Shown: positions 1-7,577 of the stretch, piece by piece
How positions within the stretch are numbered: the stretch's first letter is position 1
How the letters are laid out: each line of letters opens with the position of its first letter
NCBI GenBank assembly: GCA_001766815.1
Contig: LYOS01000001.1
Span: 120,001 to 152,000, forward strand
From: Candidatus Syntropharchaeum caldarium
GTDB taxonomy: Archaea > Halobacteriota > Syntropharchaeia > Syntropharchaeales > Syntropharchaeaceae
DNA length: 32,000 bases
Direction: 5' to 3'
Program-made: the position numbers and the translations under genes
The notes under the pieces: generated by a model
Database searches by the model: none
What the model saw: the letters and a program-made list of their open reading frames with translations, nothing else
What the model was told of the DNA's origin: nothing

Positions 1-86
1 TCACCACATTCAACAGATTTTTCCACTTCAAATATGTTGAATGCTTCATCCACATGGCTCAGGTATCTTTCAAGTTCACCTTTCAT
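1..86 (-). CDS. N-terminal fragment of a hypothetical protein (runs off left edge)
   Basis: A minus-strand ATG (86-84) opens the frame MKGELERYLSHVDEAFNIFEVEKSVECG.., which is still open at base 1. It lies 19 nt downstream of the 106..507 gene on the same strand. Only 28 codons are visible and no motif is recognised. Confidence 0.25.
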   Translation of the reverse strand, partial: MKGELERYLSHVDEAFNIFEVEKSVECG

Positions 87-105
87 CTTGTTTAAGCCGC
101 CTTTT

Positions 106-507
106 TTACTTTAAGAGTTTGCTCCATTTATAAAATGTGATCAGCATCAGGAAGTATGCTATCAGCGTAACAACCAGATCAATATCATGGAGGTTTGGAC
201 CGATGTTACGATATACAAAACCAATGATATGTGCGAATAGCTTGAGCAGCGATAGAATTGCGAGAAGTCCCATTCCCACCACAAAAAATATAAATGTCTG
301 AATCTGGCCGGTTGCTTTCATCGATTTGTATGTGATGTACATGATTGCGATTGTAATCTGTGCGATGATAAAATGCAACAGCGCAGATCCCGCATGTCCA
401 ATTCGTGTATGAATTATCTCCTGTGCCATGGCCACGGGAAGTCCGGCAAAGATCAGGATGCCAATCACCACCGCGGCTATTATGGCTCTATTCTCCCCCA
501 CTTTCAC
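106..507 (-). CDS. small integral membrane protein (about 4 TM helices), function unknown
   Basis: 133-aa ORF with four long hydrophobic stretches (IIAAVVIGILIFAGLPVAMA, LLHFIIAQITIAIMYI, FIFFVVGMGLLAILSLL, LVVTLIAYFLMLITF). No family was recognised. Confidence 0.6.
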   Translation of the reverse strand: MKVGENRAIIAAVVIGILIFAGLPVAMAQEIIHTRIGHAGSALLHFIIAQITIAIMYITYKSMKATGQIQTFIFFVVGMGLLAILSLLKLFAHIIGFVYRNIGPNLHDIDLVVTLIAYFLMLITFYKWSKLLK

Positions 508-568
508 ATTAATCTATTTGTATTAGATTGTATATAAAATTTGATGATGGGATACCCGTCTTCTCCTG

Positions 569-2091
569 TAATTTCCAATATTCCCAAATAATTAGGCACT
601 AGAAAAATAAATTACCTCATAAACTCTCTTTTTCCAGGAAAAAGCAAGTATTGTATTACGGAAAATATTTATATTATAATGCCTAATTGACCATTATGAG
701 CTTCATCAGATACAAGAAGTTCGGGAACAAAGAATATGCTTACGAGGTAACATCTTACTGGGATCCTGAAAAGAAGAAGCCGAGGCAGAAAACAAAGTAT
801 CTGGGAGTTGTTGTTGACAAGGAGAAGAAAATATTCAAGAAAAAGAGGAGAGAGAAGTTAATTCTAGATTTTGGTGATACTTATTTTCTCAACCAGTTCA
901 TTAATAGAGTAACATTCTTTGAGAACATTAAAAAAGATATGTTTCTTGCACTCATCTTCTACCGATTGTGTTATCCATCTGCAATGAGGTATGCAAGGAT
1001 GTGGTATGATGGCAACATAGTCAGGAAGTTCTTTGATGTTGATATAAGTTCACAAAGAATAAGTGAATTTCTTGAGGAGATTGGTGATGAAAGCATCCAG
1101 AGGGAATTCTTCAAAGAATACATCAGACAGATAACACCCTCAGAAGGAATAGTAATTGATACAACTGCTCTTCCAAACCAGATAAATATCCCAACATCAG
1201 CATGGGGATGGCATAACGAGGAAATAGAGAAACAAATCAAGTTGTTGCTTGTTATTGACAGGAGTACATCACTTCCTTTGTTTTTCAGGTATATTGCAGG
1301 TAATATTGTTGATGTGTCAACCCTCAAGGCAACTGTGGAGGAGTTAAAGAAGTATGGTGTATCAAGATACTTCGTCATTCTTGATGCAGGATTCTTCTCT
1401 GAAGAGAATATAAAGGAGCTTTACAATGAGGAAATACAGTTCCTGATAAGGCTACCCTCCTTAAGGAAGCTGTACAAGAGGCTTATTGTTGAGGAATCCA
1501 GAGAGTTAGAGAGTTACAGGAATGCTGTAAGGTATGGGAGAAGAGTACTGTTTGTAAAGCAAAGAGAAGTTGAGTTATTTGGTAAAAGAGTTTATGCTTA
1601 TGTTGTACTTGATCCTGAAAGAAAGGGAAGAGAGATGAGAAGAACTCTGCTTAAGGTAATGGATGAGATTGAAGAGGGCGAGGAAGAGGAGATGGAATAC
1701 ATTTTGATGAAGAAAGGGATAATGATTCTCATTTCCTCTTCTGAACTGGATAGAGAGAATGTAATATCTTTGTATTACACAAGACAGATTGCAGAAAAGC
1801 TGTTTGGCTTTTCGAAGGATGATCTGAACCTGCTTCCTTTGAGAGTGCATAAGGAAGAGACGCTGAGGGGCTACCTGTTTCTGCAGTTCGCTTCACTTGT
1901 TGTTTATTCACTGCTGAAGAGAGAATTAGGGAGAGATTACACTGTGGAGGAGATTCTGCTCACCTTAAGGAATCTGAAGTGTAAGGTGTATGAGGATGAG
2001 ATTATTGTTCAGGAATTAACCAAGCAGCAAAGGAAGATTTTTGAGAGGTTTGGTATCATGGTGCCTAAAAGGGTGGGGATTTAAGAATTTC
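569..2091 (+). mobile_element. Insertion sequence (IS4/IS1634-like); boundaries approximate
   Basis: A single transposase gene sits between the 106..507 gene and thi4, so the element must lie within 508..2117. Only an imperfect inverted repeat was found, with the 8-bp core ttaggcac at 592-599 and gtgcctaa at 2061-2068 and about 20/31 matches overall. No clear target-site duplication was seen. Confidence 0.35.
696..2084 (+). CDS. IS4/IS1634-family DDE transposase
   Basis: The track ORF starts at TTG 687; the first ATG is at 696. Candidate DDE residues lie in VIDTTALPN, FVILDAGFFSEEN and YYTRQIAEKLFGFSKDDL. The last motif is an exact Y(2)R(3)E(6)K signature typical of IS4-type transposases. 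The N-terminus (KKFGNKEYAYEV..WD.EKKKPRQK.KYLG) resembles archaeal IS1634-like transposases. Confidence 0.85.
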   Translation: MSFIRYKKFGNKEYAYEVTSYWDPEKKKPRQKTKYLGVVVDKEKKIFKKKRREKLILDFGDTYFLNQFINRVTFFENIKKDMFLALIFYRLCYPSAMRYARMWYDGNIVRKFFDVDISSQRISEFLEEIGDESIQREFFKEYIRQITPSEGIVIDTTALPNQINIPTSAWGWHNEEIEKQIKLLLVIDRSTSLPLFFRYIAGNIVDVSTLKATVEELKKYGVSRYFVILDAGFFSEENIKELYNEEIQFLIRLPSLRKLYKRLIVEESRELESYRNAVRYGRRVLFVKQREVELFGKRVYAYVVLDPERKGREMRRTLLKVMDEIEEGEEEEMEYILMKKGIMILISSSELDRENVISLYYTRQIAEKLFGFSKDDLNLLPLRVHKEETLRGYLFLQFASLVVYSLLKRELGRDYTVEEILLTLRNLKCKVYEDEIIVQELTKQQRKIFERFGIMVPKRVGI

Positions 2092-2117
2092 ACTTACCTC
2101 TGCCCACATAAATTGGT

Positions 2118-2882
2118 TCATTGCTTTTTCACTTCATCTGCGATCTCTGCGGCTTTTCTACCAGAAAGAAGCATCCCTCCAAATACGGGACCCATGCGAG
2201 GTGAGCCGATAACTGCGTTTGCAGCCATACCAGCGATGATAAAACCTGGATAAACCTCCTGTGTATTCTCAACAACCGCCAGCTCTCCCGCCTCTGCCCA
2301 CATCGACCGTTCACCCCTGACAACAAGCGCATCTGTGCCAACCTTCTTTTCGATGATCCTTGCAACCTCTGCTGCGTGCCCTGTCGCATCGATCACAACA
2401 TCTGATGCAATCGTCATAGGATCGACATGGAGATTTGAAAGCTCAACAGCACTCCAGTTTATAACGATTCCATGAATCCTGCTCTTATCTCGAATTACAA
2501 CATCCTCAACGCTTATGAGATTGAAGATACGAGCTCCAGCTTTGATGGCCTTTGAGGTAATCGTTGAAACAGCCTCAATTGCATCTGCAAGGTAATACCC
2601 CTCCTTGTAGTGGGTACAGTCCACACCAAATTCATCGAGAATCTCTTTTCCTGCTTCCTGCACAACGATCTGGTTGAACATCATACCTCCTCCCCACATA
2701 CCACCGCCGACACTGAGTTTACGCTCAAATACCGCCACTTTTACGCCCTTTTTTGCAAGATAGAAGGCAGCAACCAGTCCTGCAGGTCCTGCACCAACCA
2801 CAGCCACATCAAGCACCATCGAATCGATGAAATTCTTCATGTAGCTTTCAGTTATTGCCCTTGAGATCAAAACCTCATCCAT
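2118..2882 (-). CDS. thi4: thiamine thiazole synthase (Thi4 family)
   Basis: 254 aa with the FAD/NAD dinucleotide motif [21 protein letters not shown], followed by [17 protein letters not shown] and [11 protein letters not shown]. These are characteristic of archaeal Thi4. Confidence 0.9.
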   Translation of the reverse strand: MDEVLISRAITESYMKNFIDSMVLDVAVVGAGPAGLVAAFYLAKKGVKVAVFERKLSVGGGMWGGGMMFNQIVVQEAGKEILDEFGVDCTHYKEGYYLADAIEAVSTITSKAIKAGARIFNLISVEDVVIRDKSRIHGIVINWSAVELSNLHVDPMTIASDVVIDATGHAAEVARIIEKKVGTDALVVRGERSMWAEAGELAVVENTQEVYPGFIIAGMAANAVIGSPRMGPVFGGMLLSGRKAAEIADEVKKQ

Positions 2883-2904
2883 CTCTTAAGCTCCTTAAAA
2901 ATGA

Positions 2905-3012
2905 TACCGGGGGCGGGACTCGGACCCGCGACCTTCAGATATCTCAGGTTTCAGGCATTCACATCTTAAATCCCTATGAGTCTGACGCCCTAACCAACTA
3001 GGCCACCCCGGC
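2905..3012 (-). tRNA. tRNA with CAU anticodon (elongator Met or Ile2) carrying a ~34-nt intron at the canonical 37/38 position
   Basis: Reverse complement folded by hand. Acceptor GCCGGGG/CCCCGGT (G1-U72) with discriminator A. D arm GCCT..GGGC. Anticodon stem TCAGA/TCTGA with loop CU-CAU-A. T arm GCGGG-TCCGAGT-CCCGC. The intron is about 2941-2974 (GGGATTTAAGATGTGAATGCCTGAAACCTGAGAT). The anticodon stem lacks the three G-C pairs of an initiator tRNA. Confidence 0.85.
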
Positions 3013-3035
3013 TCAAATTCATCATGGCAGGACGC

Positions 3036-3042
3036 TAAATAA
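3036..3042 (-). promoter_or_regulatory. candidate TATA box for the tRNA(CAU) gene
   Basis: On the minus strand TTATTTA lies 24-30 nt upstream of tRNA position 1 (3012), which is the usual archaeal TATA-to-start spacing. Confidence 0.35.
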
Positions 3043-3074
3043 GGTTTGTGGTCAGATGTGCATGGATATCCGAG

Positions 3075-3989
3075 TCAGAAGATCTCTACCCCATCATCCA
3101 TAGGATCGACTATCTCTTCCCCGCTCGTTGCATCCACCTGCATAAAACCTGTATTCCCTTCGATCTCCCAGATCGGAAGATACAGGAGATAGGATTTAAT
3201 GTTAACATCCTCTTTCGCAGGTTTAAATACTCGCTGCTCTGAGATTATTGCATCTGCCGAACTCTTATCAAAAGTCACGGTCTTTGAGTTCTCTGCAATC
3301 ACATCATCGATAGCAGTTTTGTCAAGCGAGGAGTCATCAACTTCCACTGGCTCAATTATCGCCTCGTCCTCGACAACACGCTCAAAAAAGTTTTCAGGTA
3401 GACTTTTTTCAAGCATTCGTCCTGTGATCCCATTAAAATAGATCTTTCCTTCCCCTTCAAATTCAATCGGGCGTGAGGCACCATAGAGTACGCTTCTGAA
3501 GGTATACTCGAAGCACCAGATCGGGATGTACCTGAGCTGTACGCCTGTAACCACATTGAAGTTTTTATCTGCAATTCTGAGTGCCTCAGCCCTGTCAACC
3601 TTGATCGGAAATGTTAAAATTGATTTTGGCACACGTTCAGTATCGATCACAAAATCTGAGCCTTCAATATTTGTGATAACCGCCATTCCAACTTCACGCG
3701 CGAACTTCTCACGATCCCAGATAATCAATTTATCTGAGTCTCTCTGCTGATCATCCTCGATCGTTCCTGTCGTAACAAGTAGAATCTTTCCATCAACCAC
3801 GTCACTTTTGTTGCGGTAGTGATTCACCTCTTCTGCCGTCACTGTGTCTGTAACTTTCAGGGCAATAAGAAGTCGCTTTTCATCCTGCTCTGCAATTAGA
3901 TCAAAGTCATAGTCGGTTGAGTCTTCGACTCTGTAACCGGCTTTTCTGAAAACCTCTTCAAGAACCTTGGTGCCTTTTTTCCCACCCAT
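3075..3989 (-). CDS. hypothetical protein with N-terminal restriction-endonuclease-like (Mrr-type) domain
   Basis: 304-aa ORF. The first ~100 aa (FRKAGYRVEDSTDYDFDLIAEQDEKRLLIALKV...ILLVTTGT) follow the Mrr_cat-like pattern of Gy.v....D.giDlia......l.v..K.. ...vtt. The C-terminal 200 aa are unrecognised. Confidence 0.55.
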   Translation of the reverse strand: MGGKKGTKVLEEVFRKAGYRVEDSTDYDFDLIAEQDEKRLLIALKVTDTVTAEEVNHYRNKSDVVDGKILLVTTGTIEDDQQRDSDKLIIWDREKFAREVGMAVITNIEGSDFVIDTERVPKSILTFPIKVDRAEALRIADKNFNVVTGVQLRYIPIWCFEYTFRSVLYGASRPIEFEGEGKIYFNGITGRMLEKSLPENFFERVVEDEAIIEPVEVDDSSLDKTAIDDVIAENSKTVTFDKSSADAIISEQRVFKPAKEDVNIKSYLLYLPIWEIEGNTGFMQVDATSGEEIVDPMDDGVEIF

Positions 3990-4028
3990 ACTACAACTAT
4001 ATTAATGAAGTAGATAAAAATATCCCTG

Positions 4029-4763
4029 ATGTTGGAATCTGTTCAGGGTAATCCATCGCCAGCGATCTCAAAGATTCGAGATGCAATATTCAATGTTACC
4101 TTTGATCCCTGGGAAAAAGAAGGAAAAGTAATTGTGAATGTTTCTTATGTTAATTCGGATGACGTTGAGCGTGTACTTGAAATATACAGACTTGTTGATC
4201 GGTTAAACATAAGCATCAGTCCATACATAAAGATTCTTGATGAGGCCGCTGATAATAAGGTTGGGATAATGACCATCTGCAGTATAACAATAGATGGTAT
4301 CCTGCTGAAACATGGTATCTCAATAAACCCGGTAGGAGGCGGAGTGCTCTATGTTGAGGCGGCACGGGGCGTGCGATTCACAGATTTTCTTAAATACGAG
4401 AGTACCACGATAGATCCGCTCGAAACACTTACTGGCATGGGTTTAACCTCGATCACGGACGTCATAAAGACGGGATCTGGAAAAATACTCGCCAATATCC
4501 GGGAAGCCCCTATGATTGTAAAAAGTGATGTCGAGCGCCTGCTCGAGAAGATAGCACATTCAGGACTCAATGGCGTACTTGAGGTGGGGGAGCCCAATAG
4601 AGACCTTTTCGACATTCCGATGGAACGGGATCATTTTGGTATCGTTATTGCGGGCGGTATCAACCCACTTGTTGCAGCAGCTGAAACCGGAATCCGGGTT
4701 GAAAACCACGCGATAAGTGGTATTGTTGAGATTTCAGAGATGGAGAGGATCTCAGATGTCTGA
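4029..4763 (+). CDS. NrpR regulatory-domain (DUF128/NRD) protein without an HTH
   Basis: 244 aa. The motifs TICSITIDGILLKHGISINPVGGG, SGKILANIREAPM and GGINPLVAAAETGI match my recollection of the NrpR nitrogen-repressor regulatory domain. No N-terminal winged-helix is present. This is a recalled family resemblance, not a search result. Confidence 0.55.
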   Translation: MLESVQGNPSPAISKIRDAIFNVTFDPWEKEGKVIVNVSYVNSDDVERVLEIYRLVDRLNISISPYIKILDEAADNKVGIMTICSITIDGILLKHGISINPVGGGVLYVEAARGVRFTDFLKYESTTIDPLETLTGMGLTSITDVIKTGSGKILANIREAPMIVKSDVERLLEKIAHSGLNGVLEVGEPNRDLFDIPMERDHFGIVIAGGINPLVAAAETGIRVENHAISGIVEISEMERISDV

Positions 4764-5034
4764 TGATGTGAAAGCTGATCTCTATGAAAAGACTGAACGT
4801 TACTGCAGGATGCTTGCAGATGCACTGGAGTCGCTCAGGGTGACACCCATGGGTGAGTCGATGAAGGACGTGGTGGATGAGTTCAGGACGATGGCTACTG
4901 CTTATTACAGAGATGGAATTCACTTCAGGGATGCAGAGGATTGGGTAAATGCACTCATCTGTTTCACCTATGGTCATGGTTGGATTGATGCAGGCGTGCG
5001 TCTCGGGATCATGGAGTGTGATTCATCATGTTAA
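4756..5034 (+). CDS. DUF357-family protein
   Basis: The track ORF begins at 4717, but ATG 4756 (MSDDVKADLYE..) overlaps the upstream stop as ATGTCTGA. The motif YYRDGIHFRDAEDWVNALICFTYGHGWIDAGVRLG fits the DUF357 consensus (Y..Dg..f...gD.vnAl...sY..GwlDag..lG). Confidence 0.6.
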   Translation: MSDDVKADLYEKTERYCRMLADALESLRVTPMGESMKDVVDEFRTMATAYYRDGIHFRDAEDWVNALICFTYGHGWIDAGVRLGIMECDSSC

Positions 5035-5765
5035 AAAGTAAAAAACGTGTTACGATGTTGCTTGACAAGGGAATCGGTCTGCGATCTCAGCGAGATCTGC
5101 TTGACACCGCGGCGCCGTATATCACGCAGGTTAAGATCGGGTGGGGAATCGGAAATGTTCTTCCAGAGGAGATCCTGAAAGAGAAGATTGCACTCTACAG
5201 AGAAGTGGGTATTATCGTCTCTCCAGGAGGCACGGCACTTGAGAAGGCAATTCTTGAAGATAAAATCGATCAGTTCTCCCTGTGGCTCAGGGAATCAGGT
5301 TTTGATGCAGTCGAGGTCAGTAACGGTGTTGTTAAGCTTGATGAGGATGAAAAATGCGACCTCATCAGGGATTTCAATAAAAAAGGGTTTATTGTGCTCT
5401 CAGAAGTGGGGAGTAAAGACCCGCTGCGGGACCACTCGATCTCGATCAAAGATAGGGTTGAGGCCACTCGTGCAGAACTTGATGCTGGAAGTCAGAAGGT
5501 TATTGTTGAGGCCCGTGAAGGTGGTAAAGGAATAGGATTCTTTGATAAGAGTGGCAGCGTGATCTCGCATAAGATATCAGAATTTCTGGAGTGTGTTGAC
5601 TGGAGAGATATCATATTTGAAGCACCACTGAAAAATCAACAGGTATTTTTCATAAAAAAGATCGGAGTGGACGTTAACCTTGGAAACATTGCTCATGATG
5701 AAATCCTTTCGCTTGAAACGCTGCGAAGGGGTTTGAGGGGAGATACGTTAAAAATATCTGGTTAG
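5028..5765 (+). CDS. comA: (2R)-phospho-3-sulfolactate synthase (coenzyme M biosynthesis)
   Basis: 245 aa. The sequence LLDKGIGL...DLLDTAAPYITQVKIGWG, FDAVEVSNG and SEVGSKDP is typical of the ComA family. The start overlaps the DUF357 stop (ATGTTAA). The gene ends in TAG. Confidence 0.85.
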   Translation: MLKSKKRVTMLLDKGIGLRSQRDLLDTAAPYITQVKIGWGIGNVLPEEILKEKIALYREVGIIVSPGGTALEKAILEDKIDQFSLWLRESGFDAVEVSNGVVKLDEDEKCDLIRDFNKKGFIVLSEVGSKDPLRDHSISIKDRVEATRAELDAGSQKVIVEAREGGKGIGFFDKSGSVISHKISEFLECVDWRDIIFEAPLKNQQVFFIKKIGVDVNLGNIAHDEILSLETLRRGLRGDTLKISG

Positions 5766-5837
5766 GTATATGTGGAATGAATTTCTGAGGTAAAAATTAT
5801 TAAGGTTAAAGTCCCATACTTATCGAGGTGATTGAAT

Positions 5838-5996
5838 ATGAGTCTTGAAGAGCTTGTTAAGAAAGTGACGGCAAAGGATCTCAAAGCGGAGGCAAAAAAG
5901 AGGGATATAAAACTTGGAAGGTGCCCAACCAAGATGGACATCGCAAAAAAGCTTCCTCTTGAGGTTCTCGAAGAACTTGCCTCGAAGAAGGAGTGA
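5838..5996 (+). CDS. 52-aa HeH/SAP (Rho-N-like) domain protein; not in the ORF track
   Basis: ATG 5838 is preceded by the strong SD GAGGTGA 7 nt upstream. Translation: MSLEELVKKVTAKDLKAEAKKRDIKLGRCPTKMDIAKKLPLEVLEELASKKE, stop TGA 5994-5996. The pattern L..v....Lk.eAkkr.I.....tK.diakkL resembles helix-extension-helix/SAP motifs. Confidence 0.5.
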   Translation: MSLEELVKKVTAKDLKAEAKKRDIKLGRCPTKMDIAKKLPLEVLEELASKKE

Positions 5997-6182
5997 TCAG
6001 GTCCTTCTTGCGCCAAGGATGCTGCTCTTTTTTCTTGCAATCTTCCGCCGTATCGCGCCCTTTGAGTCGTAACGTTGGCAAGGGCCGGGTTTTTTATATT
6101 TTGCCTCGCCTTCAGGTACAAGTCGTATCTTTCCTTTCCTGTTCTTTATCTGAATCCACTGGATACTGCCTGTTTTACCCAT
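5997..6182 (-). CDS. 61-aa highly basic small protein, function unknown
   Basis: The track ORF (5997..6200) starts at TTG; the first ATG is 6182 (MGKTGSIQWIQIKNRKGKIRLVPEGEAKYKKPGPCQRYDSKGAIRRKIARKK..). It sits 15 nt downstream of pfdB on the same strand and is Lys/Arg rich. I believe similar small proteins occur in methanogens but cannot name the family with certainty. Confidence 0.5.
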   Translation of the reverse strand: MGKTGSIQWIQIKNRKGKIRLVPEGEAKYKKPGPCQRYDSKGAIRRKIARKKSSILGARRT

Positions 6183-6196
6183 TGAAAACACCCGAA

Positions 6197-6565
6197 TCAA
6201 ACTGCACTTGCACCCTGCTGCATGCTACCAATAGCTTGCTTCACCTGTTCCTGAAGCTGCTGCAGGCGCTTCTGAATTCGTTCCTCCTGTCTTTCAATCG
6301 TTTGCAGCCTCAGATCGAACGTCTCTCTCTTCTCGGTAAGATCTGCCTGTACACTTGCTTTATCTGATTTTATGAGTATTTCACCGACATTTCTGTATAT
6401 TACATCATCATCCCCGAGCTTTTCAAGTTCCTCGAGTGCACCTTCCGTCTCCTTCAGCATTATCTCAATCTGAGACTTCTGCATGGCAAGCGACTGTGCC
6501 TGCTGCTGTAGTTGCTGTAATTGTGCGATCTGATTCTGAAGCTGGGGGGATATTTCCTGATTCAT
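6197..6565 (-). CDS. pfdB: prefoldin beta subunit
   Basis: 122-aa coiled-coil protein (QLQNQIAQLQQLQQQAQSL...VIYRNVGEILIKSDK...LEKRLQTIERQEERIQKRLQQLQEQ) with the canonical prefoldin-beta layout. Its ATG shares one base with the pcc1 stop (TAATG). Confidence 0.85.
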   Translation of the reverse strand: MNQEISPQLQNQIAQLQQLQQQAQSLAMQKSQIEIMLKETEGALEELEKLGDDDVIYRNVGEILIKSDKASVQADLTEKRETFDLRLQTIERQEERIQKRLQQLQEQVKQAIGSMQQGASAV

Positions 6566-6810
6566 TAAACCTCACACTCCAATATATTTATCATATCTTC
6601 TGCAATCTTGACGAGCCTCAACCATGTATTTATCGATGCCCTCAGGCTCACGAGATCTTCTGCATCGATGGTAAGTCTCAAACCTGGATCATCTTTGATC
6701 AATCCAGTACATGAACGTTCCGATGGAGTTGTCATAACCTCAGGCTGTAATGCCCTGTATATAACCGATGCATCGGGGTCTGAAATCTCAAACTCAAGAT
6801 CTACTCTCAT
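6565..6810 (-). CDS. pcc1: KEOPS complex subunit Pcc1
   Basis: The track ORF extends to 6870, but the ATG at 6810 ([24 protein letters not shown]...[28 protein letters not shown]) overlaps the rpoP stop as ATGA. The 81-aa size and the A..i..al.pe...L.i.a.d..alRas.N..lrl pattern fit Pcc1/CTAG. Confidence 0.75.
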   Translation of the reverse strand: MRVDLEFEISDPDASVIYRALQPEVMTTPSERSCTGLIKDDPGLRLTIDAEDLVSLRASINTWLRLVKIAEDMINILECEV

Positions 6811-6944
6811 TCTGCTTTTACCGTCTTGACCATTGTGGGACGCTGTTTTATGAGGATGCGATGACCACAATAGCTACACCTGATCCCCTGTGACTCATAA
6901 TCTATCTCAACGAGATGTTTACACTTTGCACAGCAATATCCCAT
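6807..6944 (-). CDS. rpoP: DNA-directed RNA polymerase subunit P (Rpo12/RpoP); not in the ORF track
   Basis: Hand translation of the minus strand gives [45 protein letters not shown] (45 aa). It has the zinc ribbon C..C...(13)...C..CG.RIL.K.R typical of archaeal RpoP. It sits in the conserved rpoP-pcc1-pfdB order. Confidence 0.85.
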   Translation of the reverse strand: MGYCCAKCKHLVEIDYESQGIRCSYCGHRILIKQRPTMVKTVKAE

Positions 6945-7016
6945 ATCAGACACCTGTAACTTATTCCTAACTATCACCCATCCATTTTATAAACCTTGCT
7001 GTGCCACACTTCTCTG

Positions 7017-7577
7017 ATGTCAGATAAAATACGAGCCTTCATTGCGGTGGATATGCCCATCGAGATACAGACCGCGATCAGAGACCTCCAGCAGGGATTG
7101 AATATCAGTGGGGTTAAACCCGTCAACCCATCCCTCATCCACGTAACGCTCAAGTTTCTCGGCGAGACACCTCAAAAAAAGATAGAAAAAGTTTGCAGAG
7201 TGCTTGATTCAATTGACGTGCCGCGTTTTGAGGTGCATGTTAAAGGTGTGGGCGTCTTTCCAAAACTGAAGAACCCGCGCGTTGTCTGGGTCGGGCTTGA
7301 GGATGATTCGAACCTCCAGCAAATTGTGGGTATGCTTGAGGAAGATTTATCAAAGCTCGGATTTGAGCGTGAAAGAAAGAAGTTCTCCTCACATCTGACC
7401 ATAGCAAGGGTCAAGCGGGCAGGAAAAGAGGAACAGTTGATGGTAGCAGATTTTGTGAGAAATAACAGTGACTTTAACGCTGGAACAGTTCTCATAAACG
7501 AAGTCAAGCTTAAAAAGAGCGTTCTAACCCCACAGGGACCGATATACTCGGACATTCATACAAAAGAACTTAAATGA
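7017..7577 (+). CDS. thpR: RNA 2',3'-cyclic phosphodiesterase (2H family, ThpR/LigT)
   Basis: Two H-x-T motifs at the expected spacing (HVTLKFLGE and HLTIARVK) and the IRAFIAV N-terminus. The track ORF starts at TTG 6996; the first ATG is 7017. The 3' end overlaps purL convergently by 8 nt. Confidence 0.85.
   Translation: MSDKIRAFIAVDMPIEIQTAIRDLQQGLNISGVKPVNPSLIHVTLKFLGETPQKKIEKVCRVLDSIDVPRFEVHVKGVGVFPKLKNPRVVWVGLEDDSNLQQIVGMLEEDLSKLGFERERKKFSSHLTIARVKRAGKEEQLMVADFVRNNSDFNAGTVLINEVKLKKSVLTPQGPIYSDIHTKELK

Noticed and set aside
592-2068. 8-bp perfect inverted repeat ttaggcac/gtgcctaa as definitive IS termini
   Set aside because: It is too short to be significant alone. It sits at the inner rather than the outer end of the weak ~31-bp imperfect repeat, the right copy lies inside the transposase ORF, and no flanking target duplication was seen. 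Kept only as an approximate boundary hint.
5762-6367. ORFs 5762..6121 (-) 119 aa, 5881..6081 (-) and 5993..6367 (+) 124 aa
   Set aside because: They overlap the better-supported small genes (5838..5996 plus, 5997..6182 minus) and pfdB. They have no SD and unconvincing sequences.
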